This document shows positions 52,671 to 64,000 of a stretch of DNA of 64,000 nt, piece by piece; the stretch's first letter is position 1, and each line of letters starts with the position of its first letter. The stretch comes from Octopus vulgaris (taxonomy: Eukaryota), in assembly GCA_951406725.2 (NCBI GenBank), contig OX597824.1, positions 74,648,001-74,712,000 of the forward strand, in the 5' to 3' direction. The notes below the pieces were generated by a model. The model was not told the DNA's origin. It did no database searches and was given only the letters and a program-made list of their open reading frames with translations. A program made the position numbers and the translations under genes.

Positions 52671-52857
52671 CCATTTTATATTTATATTTATTTATATTTA
52701 TTTATATGTATTGTTCTTATGGTATTATATTATTCATTGATGTATACTGTTTTATTCTGTATTATTATGTTTTTCTTTTCTGAGCGTCAAATAATACTTT
52801 AATTGTTCCACGTCCTCGCGTTGCTGTGTTTTTTTCTGTGTTTTCTTGTTTGGATTA

Positions 52858-52966
<109 letters not shown>

Positions 52967-53109
52967 ATTTAGGAATGGTCATTTTGCCAGTTTAGCCAAT
53001 AAAAACACACGCACTATATATATATATATATATATGGAGGCACATTTCAAAGGGCCAGCCTTGTCACACGCTATTTTTTTTTCAGAGGGTAAAAAATGCT
53101 GATGCAAAA

Positions 53110-53655
<546 letters not shown>

Positions 53656-53989
53656 AGTACTTCTTATGAGAAAGAATGAAATCCTCCAAGGTTAAAAGGG
53701 GGCTGCCATGGTTACTGAAAAAGGGGTTCGTATAAAGAGTTATGTTGAATATATTAGGATGTTTTTCATAGTCATAGTTCAGAGAATGTAGGGCTCATGG
53801 AAGGAAGAATTATATAGATGGAGTCTCTTCTTTTTCGTCTCATAAATAAAGAAGGGTAGACCAAAATATTTCATTTATATCTGGGCGGTGGATGGTAGTT
53901 GTCTATTTGGGAACCACTAGATTAAGAGGCACTTTTTGTGGTCTTTCATATCTATATCTGTTCGGGTTGACTAAATATCCCTCTGTCTG

Positions 53990-54023
<34 letters not shown>

Positions 54024-54633
54024 TTTCTCACTCACTCTTACTCTCTTTCCCACGTCCCTTCGAACCACCACACTCTGATACCCTGACACCAACGTTTGTT
54101 TTGTCTGTCCCCGTATTGTCCCCTCTTTTTCTCAACCTTATGGTGAATAAAGAAGTACTCTCTCTTTCTCTCCCATCTCTCTCTTTCTCACATCTCTCCC
54201 AACCCCCCTGTGAGTCTGTGTGGATCGGTTACCCTGATTTCTTTGTCGTTCTTTGAAATATTTTGAACTTTATGTTTGTACAACCTCCTTTCACTGACAT
54301 GGAAATGACCAGATTATTCTTCCTTTCATGACAATAAAAATATTTTCACAAAGCTCACAGACTGCTAAAACCTGTTTTCAATGATTTGTGTATTCGGCAA
54401 CTCAATATTTCCCAGACGCGTATCCGCTCACGCACGCACACATGCACATCAACTGTATTTTACGGCATGACAGACGCTGCATTGTGGAAGACATACACTG
54501 ATTTTTAGAAATATAATTGTAGAAAAAAATATGTTATACTTACCTAAATCCTATCATTATGATCGAACACATCGACCCCAGGACTTATTCTTTGTAAGCC
54601 TAGTATTTATTCTATCGGTCTTTTAAACGCTAA

Positions 54634-55149
54634 TTAAAGGAAATTTTACACATACATAAAATCATTAAAAGCTACAAACCACCGAAATCACTAAAAAAGA
54701 TCCTCACAAAGGCAAAATTATTTTCTAAAATAACGGGTGCAAAAGTGAAAAAATGTGGTAGACCAAATTGTGCAACATGCCCACACTTTCTAGAAGGATC
54801 AGAATTCCTTTTCAAAGAGGGACAAAAATTCAAAATCAAATGTGACTTTACTTGTGCTTCAGTAAACCTGATTTATGTTATAAGATGCTCAGGCTGCCAC
54901 CAAAACTACATCGGGTCCACGGGATTATTACTCAGGCGCAGATGCACTTTGCATCGACAGCAGATTGTATTCCCAGAATACAGAATGATACCCTTTAGTG
55001 GACATATTGAGAAATGTGCAAAGCAAATGCTACCACAATTTGTAATCTTTCCATTCTATCAAAGAGCTATTGGAACACCAACACAAGTTAGATTAAATAA
55101 GGAAACTTTCTTCGTTCAAAAATATAAGCCAAAACTTAACCATTTCTAA
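54634..55149 (+). mobile_element. Penelope-like element 3' end: uninterrupted GIY-YIG endonuclease coding segment
   Basis: PKSLKKILTKAK...KKCGRPNCATC...FTCASVNLIYVIRCSGCHQNYIGST...R...H...H...E...PKLN. 5'-truncated against a SINE A fragment at 54571-54622. Confidence 0.9.
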
Positions 55150-55510
55150 CATTTTTAAATAAGGAAACTCACCTCATTGAAAAAAAAATAAAGCAAAACC
55201 TAACCACTTGTAACATTCTATTCCTTCTAAACCAAATCATGTTAAATTAATCAAACCTAGTCATTCCCAACATTTTTTATTAGCTCCCTTAATCCGGAAA
55301 AAATCCATGATTATCTTCCCCTGTCTGGAACTCCGTATTTCACAACATTGCGAAAACATGACATGATATAGGTAAAGAAATTTGAGAAATTTGAAAAGAA
55401 CATACGAAACCGGTTATTTCTCCAAAAACTGTTACTATAAGCAAAATTTTATAACATTTTTCTTTTATACATCCAACCACGTGCTTTCCCATAGCAACTC
55501 TCTCACCTCA

Positions 55511-55574
<64 letters not shown>

Positions 55575-55694
55575 CTGTGTGTGTATGTACATACATACAT
55601 ACATACATATATACATACATACATACATGCATACATACATACATACATACATACATACATACATACATACATACATACATACATACATACATAC

Positions 55695-55806
55695 ATTATA
55701 GTCTCAGGCCTTGTCAGCTTGGCCTAAGGTTTCACTCAGTGAAATTGAACCCGGAATCCTGTAGTTGGAAAGCAATGTTCTTACTACACAGCCACGCCTG
55801 CGCCTA
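55695..55806 (-). mobile_element. SINE family A head fragment
   Basis: TGAACCCGGAA...ACACAGCCACGCCTGCGCCTA. Confidence 0.65.
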
Positions 55807-56310
55807 CAAGTTCAAGTTTCTTTCGAAGTACATCTTCCATGAGGCACATGCATAAAATACTTACTACTTTATAACAAAGAACATTTTCTGTAATTCGTTT
55901 TGTTTTGTTTGTTAGTGTTTTGTTTGTGTGTTTATTAACAATAATGAATGGTCCATGGTAAATGGAAGGCTGACATTGTCTCTAATTGGCGGCCGTTCTT
56001 TTTATCTGTACTCTGTAATGGTAAGTTATCGTTCACTGCTGGGAAGCTCTATTGTCATGTATATTCAGCTCTATTTTTAGTTAAAACTGGACATCTATTG
56101 TTGGCGGATGTCCTTGAAAACAAGAAACGGTTGTCTTTTGTTCATGCGTTGAGTGTAGACATGATTTCCCAAGCAATGCTTTCCTAATTTACAACATAAC
56201 TTGCAATATAACACCCTAAATCTGGCACAAACGTGATCTACTACGCATCTGGAACTGAAGAAGACTTCTATACATATAGAGAATTATTATTAAGCAGATA
56301 CACTAAGAGT

Positions 56311-56700
56311 GTGGAGGCGCAATGGCCCAGTGGTTAGGGCAGCGGACTCGCGGTCGTAGGATCGCGGTTTCGATTCCCAGACCGGGCGTTGTGAGTGTTT
56401 ATTGAGCGAAAACACCTAAAGCTCCACGAGGCTCCGGCAAGGGATGGTGGTGATCCCTGCTGTACTCTTTCACCACAACTTTCTCTCACTCTAACTTCCT
56501 GTTTCTGTTGTACCTGTATTTCAAAGGGCCGGCCTTGTCACTCTCTGTGTCACGCTGAATATCCCCGAGAACTACGTTAAGGGTACACGTGTCTGTGGAG
56601 TGCTCAGCCACTTGCACGTTAATTTCAAGAACAGGCTGTTCCGTTGATCGGATCAACCGGAACCCTCATCGTCGTAACCGACGGAGTGCTTCCATCCATC
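56311..56700 (+). mobile_element. SINE family C, third tail type
   Basis: Intact A box (TGGCCCAGTGG) and B box (GGTTTCGATTCCC), with a distinct 3' tail. Confidence 0.8.
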
Positions 56701-56814
56701 ATCACACGAAGAGTAAAAATGTTTCTGACAAGGAAACCCTTGAGAAATAGATGTCTTGCAAATGTTTTTTTTTTTAGAAAGCACGAGAAAAACAAATTTT
56801 TATATACATATTGT

Positions 56815-57110
56815 TTTTGCCCTTTTCAAGCCTAGCCAGGCTCATGGGCCCGATTTCCCGGTTTCTGTGGCGTATGTGTACCCCCAGCTGGAAGGGACGC
56901 CAGTCCATCTCAGCGTTACTCAAGAAACAGGAAGAGAGAGTGAGAGAAAGAGTACAACAGGGGTTGCCACTCCCCTCTGCCGCAGCCTTGTGGAGCTTTT
57001 AGGTGTTTTCGCTCAATAAACACACACACAATGCCCGGTGTGGGAATTGAAACCGCGATCCTCCAACAGCGAGTCCGCTGCTTTAACAACTGGGCCATTG
57101 CGCCTCCACA
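56815..57110 (-). mobile_element. SINE family C with V-domain-like tail
   Basis: Matches 34725-35030. Confidence 0.82.
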
Positions 57111-57192
57111 GTTTTTAATATAATTTAATGTTTTTAATAATATATAATAACAATATGTGGTGACTTGTTCAGAATTCTTGATCACTTTCCTC

Positions 57193-58575
57193 GTATATCA
57201 AATGGTTCCTGGGCTAGTTATGTTTCATAAAAAAAATTACTTATTTACCTAAGTTTTAACATCATCACCTTCGAAATAGTCATCTTGCGCAGTAATACAC
57301 CGGTCCTAGTGTTCCTGCCACTTTGGGAATCCGGCTTGGAAGTCGTTTTCCGTAAGCGAGTCGACATCCTTCTGCTATTCGGTGTGGATCTCGACAACGG
57401 TGTTAAAATGGCGACCTTTGAGGTACATTTTCATCTTTGAGAAGAGACGGAAGTTCGCAGGAGCTACATCAGGCGAATAGGGCGGGTGCGGTAGAGATAC
57501 CATGTTGTTTTTGACGAAAAACTCACGAGTGAGGAGAGCTCGGTGAAGAATACAATTCATCGCGCACCACAGACCCTGTGAGATGAATCCTTGATACACA
57601 ATACTATTGGGTTGTCCAGAAAGTTCATGCCGATTTATAGTAGCTTACACTTCGACTTATTTTAGAACATGGTTGAGTCTATAAAATAGGATTTGACTAC
57701 ACCGCCATTTAGAGCACAGTTTAAGCTATCTTTTCGTGGAAGAAGGTTTATTTTTCCGATAACCTGTGTTAATTCTGTAACCCTTTAAAATGGAAGATAA
57801 GAAAGTTCATTTTCGGTACGTGATGCTTTGGGAACTAGACACAAATTGCTACAGCTCGGCTTGGATGTGTTACCCCACCCTCCATATTCACCAAATATAG
57901 CTTCTTCGGATTTCCACTTATTCAGGTCTCTACAGAATAGTCTTAATGGTGAAAATTTCAATTCCTTGGATGACGTAAAAATATACCTTGATGAATTGTT
58001 TGCCATGAAACCACCTCAATTCTGGGAAGAGGGTACTTTCAAGTTAAAGGAAGAATGGAGACGCATTGTGCAACGAAATTATTCATATTTGGTTGATTAA
58101 AAATGTAATGGCAAGTATTTATTGATATTTTTCTTTCCTTTAAAAATCGGCACGAACTTTCCGGACAACCCAATACATTTCCGGTGGTGACGCTCGTAGC
58201 AGCTCTCCCAGATCATTCATCATCTTCCACGGCTGTTCTTCCGCTTTTGAAGCGCCCGTGCCACTTGAAACATTGCATACGACCCATTGCCTCATCACCA
58301 TAAGCTTATCGAGGCAAGCTCAATGTCTCTGTAGTAGACTTCCCAAGTTTAACACAAAATTTCCTGTTGACTCTTTATTCCTGTCCATGACAAAAATCGC
58401 AGACTACAGCATGCACGAGGTCGCAAAGACACAAACTTCACAACTTGCGAAATAAACACAGCAATGTTAATCAGCACACTGCCTCATGAAGATCACTTCT
58501 AGCTCTAACTGTGCATGCAACCATGAGGTGCCATCTGTTAGTGCACAACAGAATTAATCCGGAAACTTTCTGATA
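57193..58575 (-). mobile_element. Internally deleted mariner element hosting a second mariner
   Basis: LPHPPYSPDVAPANF-x-LF-x-KMK-x-x-LKGRHF in ORF 57375-57599, with N-terminal HTH-region sequence at 58176-58400. Confidence 0.75.
57607..58173 (+). mobile_element. mariner deletion derivative with intact TIRs and TA TSD
   Basis: TA|TTGGGTTGTCCAGAAAGTTCATGCCGATTT ... AAATCGGCACGAACTTTCCGGACAACCCAA|TA. MEDKKVHFRYVMLWE (57790) is joined out of frame to VLPHPPYSP-x-x-A-x-SDFHLFRSL. Confidence 0.92.
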
Positions 58576-59281
58576 GGCGTAGGAGTGTCTGTGTGGTAAG
58601 TAGCTTCCCTACGAACCGCTTGGTTCCGGGTTCAGTCCCACTGAGTGGTACCTTGGGCAAGTGTCTCCTACTATAGCCTTGTGAGTAGATTTGGTAGACG
58701 GAAACTGAAAGAATCCCGTCGTATATATGTGTATATATATGTTTGGATACGTGTGTGTATATGTTTGTGTCTGTGTTTGTCCCCCCCCAACATCGCTTGA
58801 CAATTGATGCTGGTGTGTTTACGTCCCCGTAACTTAGCGGTTCGGCAAAACAGACCGATAGAATAAGTACTAGGCTTACAAAGAATAAGTTCTGGTGTCG
58901 ATTTGCTCGACTAAAGGCGGTGCTCCACCATGGCCATGGTCAAATGACTGAAACAAGTAAAAGCGTAAAAGCGTATACCAAGCCAAAGCCTTTTGAGCGG
59001 ATTTGGTAGACGGAAACTGAAAGAAGCCAGTCGTATATATGTGTATATATATGTTTGTATGCGTGTGTGTATATGTTTGTGTGTCTCTGTTTGTCCCCCC
59101 AACATCACTTGACAACTGATGCTGGTGTGTTTACGTCCCCGTAACTTAGCAGTTCGGCAAAAGAGACCGATAGAATAAGTACTAAGCTTACAAAGAATGA
59201 GTTCTGGGGTTGATTTGCTCGACTAGAGGTGGTGCTCCAGCATGGCCACGGTCAAATGACTGTAAAAGCGTAAAAGCGTAT
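58574..59281 (+). mobile_element. SINE family A with tandem duplication of its 3' part
   Basis: A full copy at 58574-58975 plus a repeat at 58980-59281. Both end GTAAAAGCGTAAAAGCGTATACCA. Confidence 0.85.
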
Positions 59282-59475
59282 ACCATCTCGTATTTCAGAA
59301 CATTGGGAATAATTCGATTTTAATGATAGTTTTTGATGTTTATACCACTTGTCGGTAATTATGATTTTTTGTTTTTTTTTTTTTTTTTTGCAATATTTCT
59401 ATATAGCTACAAGTAGCTACTAATTTGTACCTAGCCGTTAGATAGCTGTGTCTGTCCAACCTCATAATCCTTTCT

Positions 59476-59893
59476 GGATCTTTTCGGTTTGAACGGCAGT
59501 TTTTTTTTTCTAGCTGTGTCACATGAAATTGTCACCCATAATTATGACCCTAGAATCGATCTGTTGTATTTCAATCTCTTTTAGGGTTAGGGTTAGAGTT
59601 AGGGGTGGGGGAAGGGTATCTTTTTTTCTTCACAAATGTAAATAACCCCAATCTGTTTCTTAAACGAGGGACATATTCATACGGCACAGAATGCTTTTTA
59701 ACTCAATAGACGTCACTGATTGGTTGAAATTGAAGAAAAAAAGAACAACAAATATCTTAGAAACTATAGAATTTTCTCAATAAAGCCAAGAGAAAAAGAT
59801 GTTTTATAAACACATTCTACCAGTATATGAAGTTTAAATTTTTTTAGTTACTTAGAAATTATGTTAAAAACTGGTTTCAAACCGAAAAGATCC
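59476..59893 (-). mobile_element. Second copy of the Merlin-like MITE, with 8-bp TSD
   Basis: GGATCTTTTCGGTTTGAA...TTCAAACCGAAAAGATCC, flanked by TCCTTTCT / TCCGTTCT. A short TTAGGG run lies at 59581-59604. Confidence 0.88.
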
Positions 59894-60367
59894 TCCGTTC
59901 TTATCTATTCACTTCTTTTGTTTTTGCTTGTATCTCTTAATCTGTTAAAATTTGTCCTGTCAAGTTTCCTGATAATAAAATGTTATACTTGATTACAGTG
60001 ACATTATTTCATTGTTTTTCTGATTGTTTGTTGAGGTTTTTATTTTGTTTTGCTTTAGCATTTTCATAGTAAATTTCATATAGAAATTACATTGATAAGT
60101 CGGAAAGATTTTTCAGAATTATCTTTTTAGCACCGAATAACATTGATGCTGATCTATTAAATGACAAAATAGCGAAAACTGTTTTCCGGTCACTACTTTC
60201 GTAATCCTCCTTATCATTACTCAACAACAATTCTGTATTATACAAGTTCTCTCCCTTCTCGGATACGTAATGAATACATCAGTTTTACATCAAATTCAAG
60301 GCGTTCTCTTGTAAATTTTTTTCACTCATTCTCTGTCTGTCTGTCTGTCTATCTATCTTCTCGCTAC

Positions 60368-60430
<63 letters not shown>

Positions 60431-60469
60431 CTCTCTCTCCTAGTGTCATGCCTACAGACTAGCAAGAAG

Positions 60470-60707
60470 CGGCTATGAGGGTGAAGTATTGACAGAATTA
60501 TTCGAACGTCGGACATTTAAAGACCTTGCGGTATTTGTTCCGGCTTTAAAATTCTGAGTTCAAGTTCCGCCGAAGTCAACATTGGTTTTTCATTCCATTC
60601 GGGGAAGGGGAGGGGGTCAATAAAGTGAAATACCTGTATGAGTATTGGGAATCGATTAAATCGACTCACACCCTACTCTAAATGTGTCTGCCTTCTGCAA
60701 AAATTTG

Positions 60708-60710
<3 letters not shown>
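60470..60710 (+). mobile_element. Old SINE family B
   Basis: TTCTGAGTTCAAGTTCCGCCGAAGTCAAC. Confidence 0.6.
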
Positions 60711-60750
<40 letters not shown>

Positions 60751-60764
60751 TTCATCGTCTTCAC

Positions 60765-60810
<46 letters not shown>

Positions 60811-60824
60811 TTCATCGTCTTCAC

Positions 60825-60873
<49 letters not shown>

Positions 60874-60932
60874 GTCATCGTCAAGGTCGTCGTCGTCGTC
60901 ATCATCATCAATATCATCATAATCATCATCAC

Positions 60933-60966
<34 letters not shown>

Positions 60967-61135
60967 GTCGTCATCATCATCATCGTCATGGTCATCGTCA
61001 CAGTCGTCGTCATCCTCCTCCTCCACCTCCTCCTCATCATCATCATTATCATAATCATTATCATCATTATCATCATCATCACAACCACCACCAAAACCAC
61101 CAGCATCACCACCAGCAACATCTACATCATCTTCC
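60709..61135. repeat. (CAT)n-rich compound microsatellite
   Basis: Directly visible, including a 60-bp higher-order repeat at 60721-60840. Confidence 0.92.
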
Positions 61136-62326
61136 ATTATTACATCCTGTGGAGTTTGTTCTCACATCCATATACCCCACTGCAGCACCCCTTTCTGTTC
61201 CTCTGCCAAGGGTTTTTTTTAACCTTTCCATGTGTTCACACTGCCTGTTACCGAGTATAAATACAGATGTCAAATGTATTCGTTATTGACAAAGCAATGG
61301 TTGGACCTACACTTCTTCGGGTTCATAGCATCTTGAGAGTTATCCAACCTTTTAATGCCTATTGGCACGATGTCATTTGAAGTCGTTCCAGAAAGCTATT
61401 CATTGCTCTCGTAAAAGAGCCTTGCATGAACTTGGAAGATATTTCAACTAAACATTTGGCATTCTTATCTATTCAAAGAAGTTTCCAACTGTTAGTTTCT
61501 TATTTTTGTTTTATCATTTAATAAATATTTTATTTTTCTATATATATATATATATCGCTAATTTTAATTTTAATTTTTTTTTTTCATATTCATTTGGATA
61601 AAAAAAATTATTTTGTTTTCGTTGAGTCTTCTTTATATTGAAAGTTGACACTTTGGTGCGACTTGAAAAAAATTTTTTTTCTGTATATATTTCTTCAATA
61701 TCTTTACATCATTTCTAGCTTCTTAGATGGTTCTAGTATTTCTATATTTGACTTATTTTAACATTCTAATTAATTTTCAGAGGATTTTTATCAAATATCT
61801 TGTCATTCGAAGAAAGCTCTCTTGTTTTGCCATCGTTTAAAAGTTGTGTCTTTGATTGAAACTACTGGATCTGGTGACTCTCTCTCTCTTTTCTTTTTCT
61901 TTCTTTCTTTTTTTCTTCTCTCTCTCTCTCTCTCCCTCTCTCTCTCTCTCTCTTTCCATTTCTCTCTCTGTCCGTCCGTCTGCTTAACTGTCCGTCCGTC
62001 TGCTTAACTGTCCGTCAATCTGTCTGTTTCTCTCTCTCTCTCTTTCTTACATTGTTACATCTATCCTCGTTTATCACGAGGGTTTGGTTTTTAAAAAAAG
62101 CAGTGGTAAATGAATCCGTGATAAATGAAACGCATCAATGCACTTTGTAAAATAGAACGAATGGTAGTTTCATTGAAACTAAACTCGAGGCCCACAGCAG
62201 CTAAGCTTCTATCGTTACGCATTATCTTGGTCATCTCTTCCTTTTCCTGTAGATAATATTACTAGCCTGCGTCGTTTGTTAGGATTGGATGCCTTCGTAC
62301 TTTTTCCTGTTCACTACTCCCATGTT

Positions 62327-62575
62327 GGTGGAGGCGCGTGGCTTAGTGGTTAGGGTGTCAGCATCATGATCGTAAGATTGTGGCTTCGATTCCTGGACCG
62401 GGCGACGGGTTGTGTTCTTGAGCAAAACACTGCATTTCACGTTGCTCCAGCCCACTCAGCTGGCAGAAATGAGTAACGCTGCGATGGACTGGCGTCCCGT
62501 CCAGCTGGAGAACACATACGACATAGAAACCGGGAAACCGGGCCCATGAGCCTGGCTAGGCTTTAAAAGGGCGCA
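62327..62575 (+). mobile_element. SINE with family D head/CORE-like body and the V-domain-like tail of family C
   Basis: The head resembles 15700-15845 and the tail resembles 34725-34830. Confidence 0.8.
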
Positions 62576-62943
62576 TTTATTATTTTTTTATACTCCCGTG
62601 TTGATGGGTATGAGTACGTAGATTCGTATATAAATAAGCAGAGCCCCCACCACCAATAACACGGTTATGTGAATACAAACGATCTGTGTTATCCTTGATC
62701 AGTCCGTGATAAGTGTAACATATCAACAGATAGAGAAATTTTGTATTTCTTATCATCAGTTTAATAATTTATTTAAGCGCAATTTAATAGCCTTGAGATA
62801 TTCTGACTTAGATTCTGTAGATGAATGACCTCACAACAAAGAATCATGCGATGAACTGACGGGACAACAATACAGATCAAAAGTAATCTAGCCTTATGAC
62901 TTTCCCATCTTTTATTAAGAGATTACAGAGTGATTTGGATAAA

Positions 62944-63295
62944 ATTTGGCTGCTTTTCTAGCAAGACGCGCGACAACTTTGAGCTTTTCGTTTTGTCTTG
63001 TCTATTTCGTATTGTTCAGAACCGTATGTTTCGTAACAGTCTCCACATTTTCAATAGCGACCGCCAGCAAGGAATTCTTTGGGTTACCGATCAAAAGCAT
63101 TCCAGTCTTTTCATCTTTGTATGCGTGAAAAACTACATTAACCGACGTGATTTGAACGAGATTTGACTGCTTTTTCTACCAAATCACGCGGCAACTTTGA
63201 GGTTTCTTCTTTATCTCATTTCCCCCGCGCCCCGTATTGTCCAAGGCCGGATGTTTCGTTAGAAACAACACATTTTCAACAGCGACAGGCTTCTT
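62944..63295 (+). repeat. Diverged direct repeat (~216-bp spacing)
   Basis: ATTTG(G/A)CTGCTTTT...CAACTTTGAG...ATGTTTCGT...CACATTTTCAA(T/C)AGCGAC occurs at ~62944 and ~63161. Confidence 0.55.
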
Positions 63296-63676
63296 TATTT
63301 ATATTCCATTTTCTTTCATTCTTCTCACGTTTCATTTTGCTCACATTTCATTGGAATTACACTTTGCACGTACACCTTTAGATCGAACGAATAGGACTAC
63401 TTTTATTGGTGTTCACCTTTCGTTTCGTTTCGTTTCTATTGTCTAGTTTTTTTTGTTGCGTGTTTTTTATCTCACCCGTCGCTTCCCCAATTCTATTGTG
63501 TAGCCTTGTTATTATTTATATCAACCCTGCTCTTCTTTCGCTTCGACGATAGTTCATAGACGACCAATACATTTAAGCGTTTGTTTTCTTTTCTGGAGAC
63601 GAGAAAGAGCAAGATAAAAAGGAAAATAATTGATAATTCTACTTATATAGATTTCCATATATTTCTGCTCTCTCTC

Positions 63677-63733
<57 letters not shown>

Positions 63734-63960
63734 CTATCTCCCTCTATCATTCTCTCTCTCCCCCTCTGTCTTTTTCTCTTTAACGTCATAATATTTATTT
63801 AGTAGTGTCAGTGGATTTTCCTCCCGATCTAATAAAAAATAACAAAGGCTCAGGAGTTTTTTCCTTTTTGTTTATTCGACTAGAAAATTCCATCTTCTTC
63901 GTCTCTTTCTCCTTCTTCTTCTTCTTCTTCTTCTTCTTATTATTATTATTATTATTTTTT

Positions 63961-64000
<40 letters not shown>

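Larger units (their letters stand above)
52154..52772. repeat. Inverted repeat (arms 52154-52425 and 52515-52772), PLE pseudo-LTR-like
   Basis: The arms are reverse-complementary except for (TA)n length, a ~24-bp indel and a few substitutions. The spacer is ~89 bp. Confidence 0.92.

Noticed and set aside
56311-56390. tRNA gene candidates at SINE heads (also 10093, 15770-15845, 62327)
   Set aside because: A and B boxes are present, but there is no complete cloverleaf and each runs directly into a repeated SINE body.
60638-61289. Poly-His, poly-Asp and poly-Ser ORFs (also 12461-12772, 27268-27654, 50085-50806, 11142-11753)
   Set aside because: These are translations of microsatellites with no domain content or splice support.
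62050-62720. Possible Tigger/pogo-like terminus (CCTCGTTTATCACGAGGG...)
   Set aside because: No matching opposite TIR and no recognisable transposase sequence.

Overview
This is AT-rich, repeat-dense eukaryotic (animal) intergenic or intronic DNA. The SINE families and the dense (TA)n, (AGAT)n, (AAT)n and (CAT)n microsatellites suggest an octopus or other cephalopod; this is inferred from remembered repeat motifs, not from a database search. I found no intact host gene, rRNA, genuine tRNA or CRISPR array, and most long ORFs in the track are translated microsatellites. The window consists of nested transposon relics: several tRNA-derived SINE families, R4/Dong-like (RLE) LINEs beside (TAA)n tracts, an RTE-type LINE, Penelope-like elements (RT and GIY-YIG), MULE, hAT, Helitron, mariner and maT Tc1/mariner elements, Merlin-like elements and a possible solo LTR. 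Five observations stand out. (1) Hammerhead-ribozyme motifs occur in Penelope-like pseudo-LTRs, including an inverted pair at 52.15-52.77 kb. (2) The 40.7-51.1 kb zone has two long inverted duplications, an inverted LINE and two tandem arrays derived from LINE coding sequence. (3) A SINE whose 3' end matches an internal GGTA site forms head-less multimers with the same junction at several loci. (4) SINE heads and tails are shuffled between families. (5) A Merlin-like MITE family carries TTAGGG repeats. I do not see a clearly new multi-gene system. Coordinates were read by eye, so element ends are approximate unless termini are quoted.
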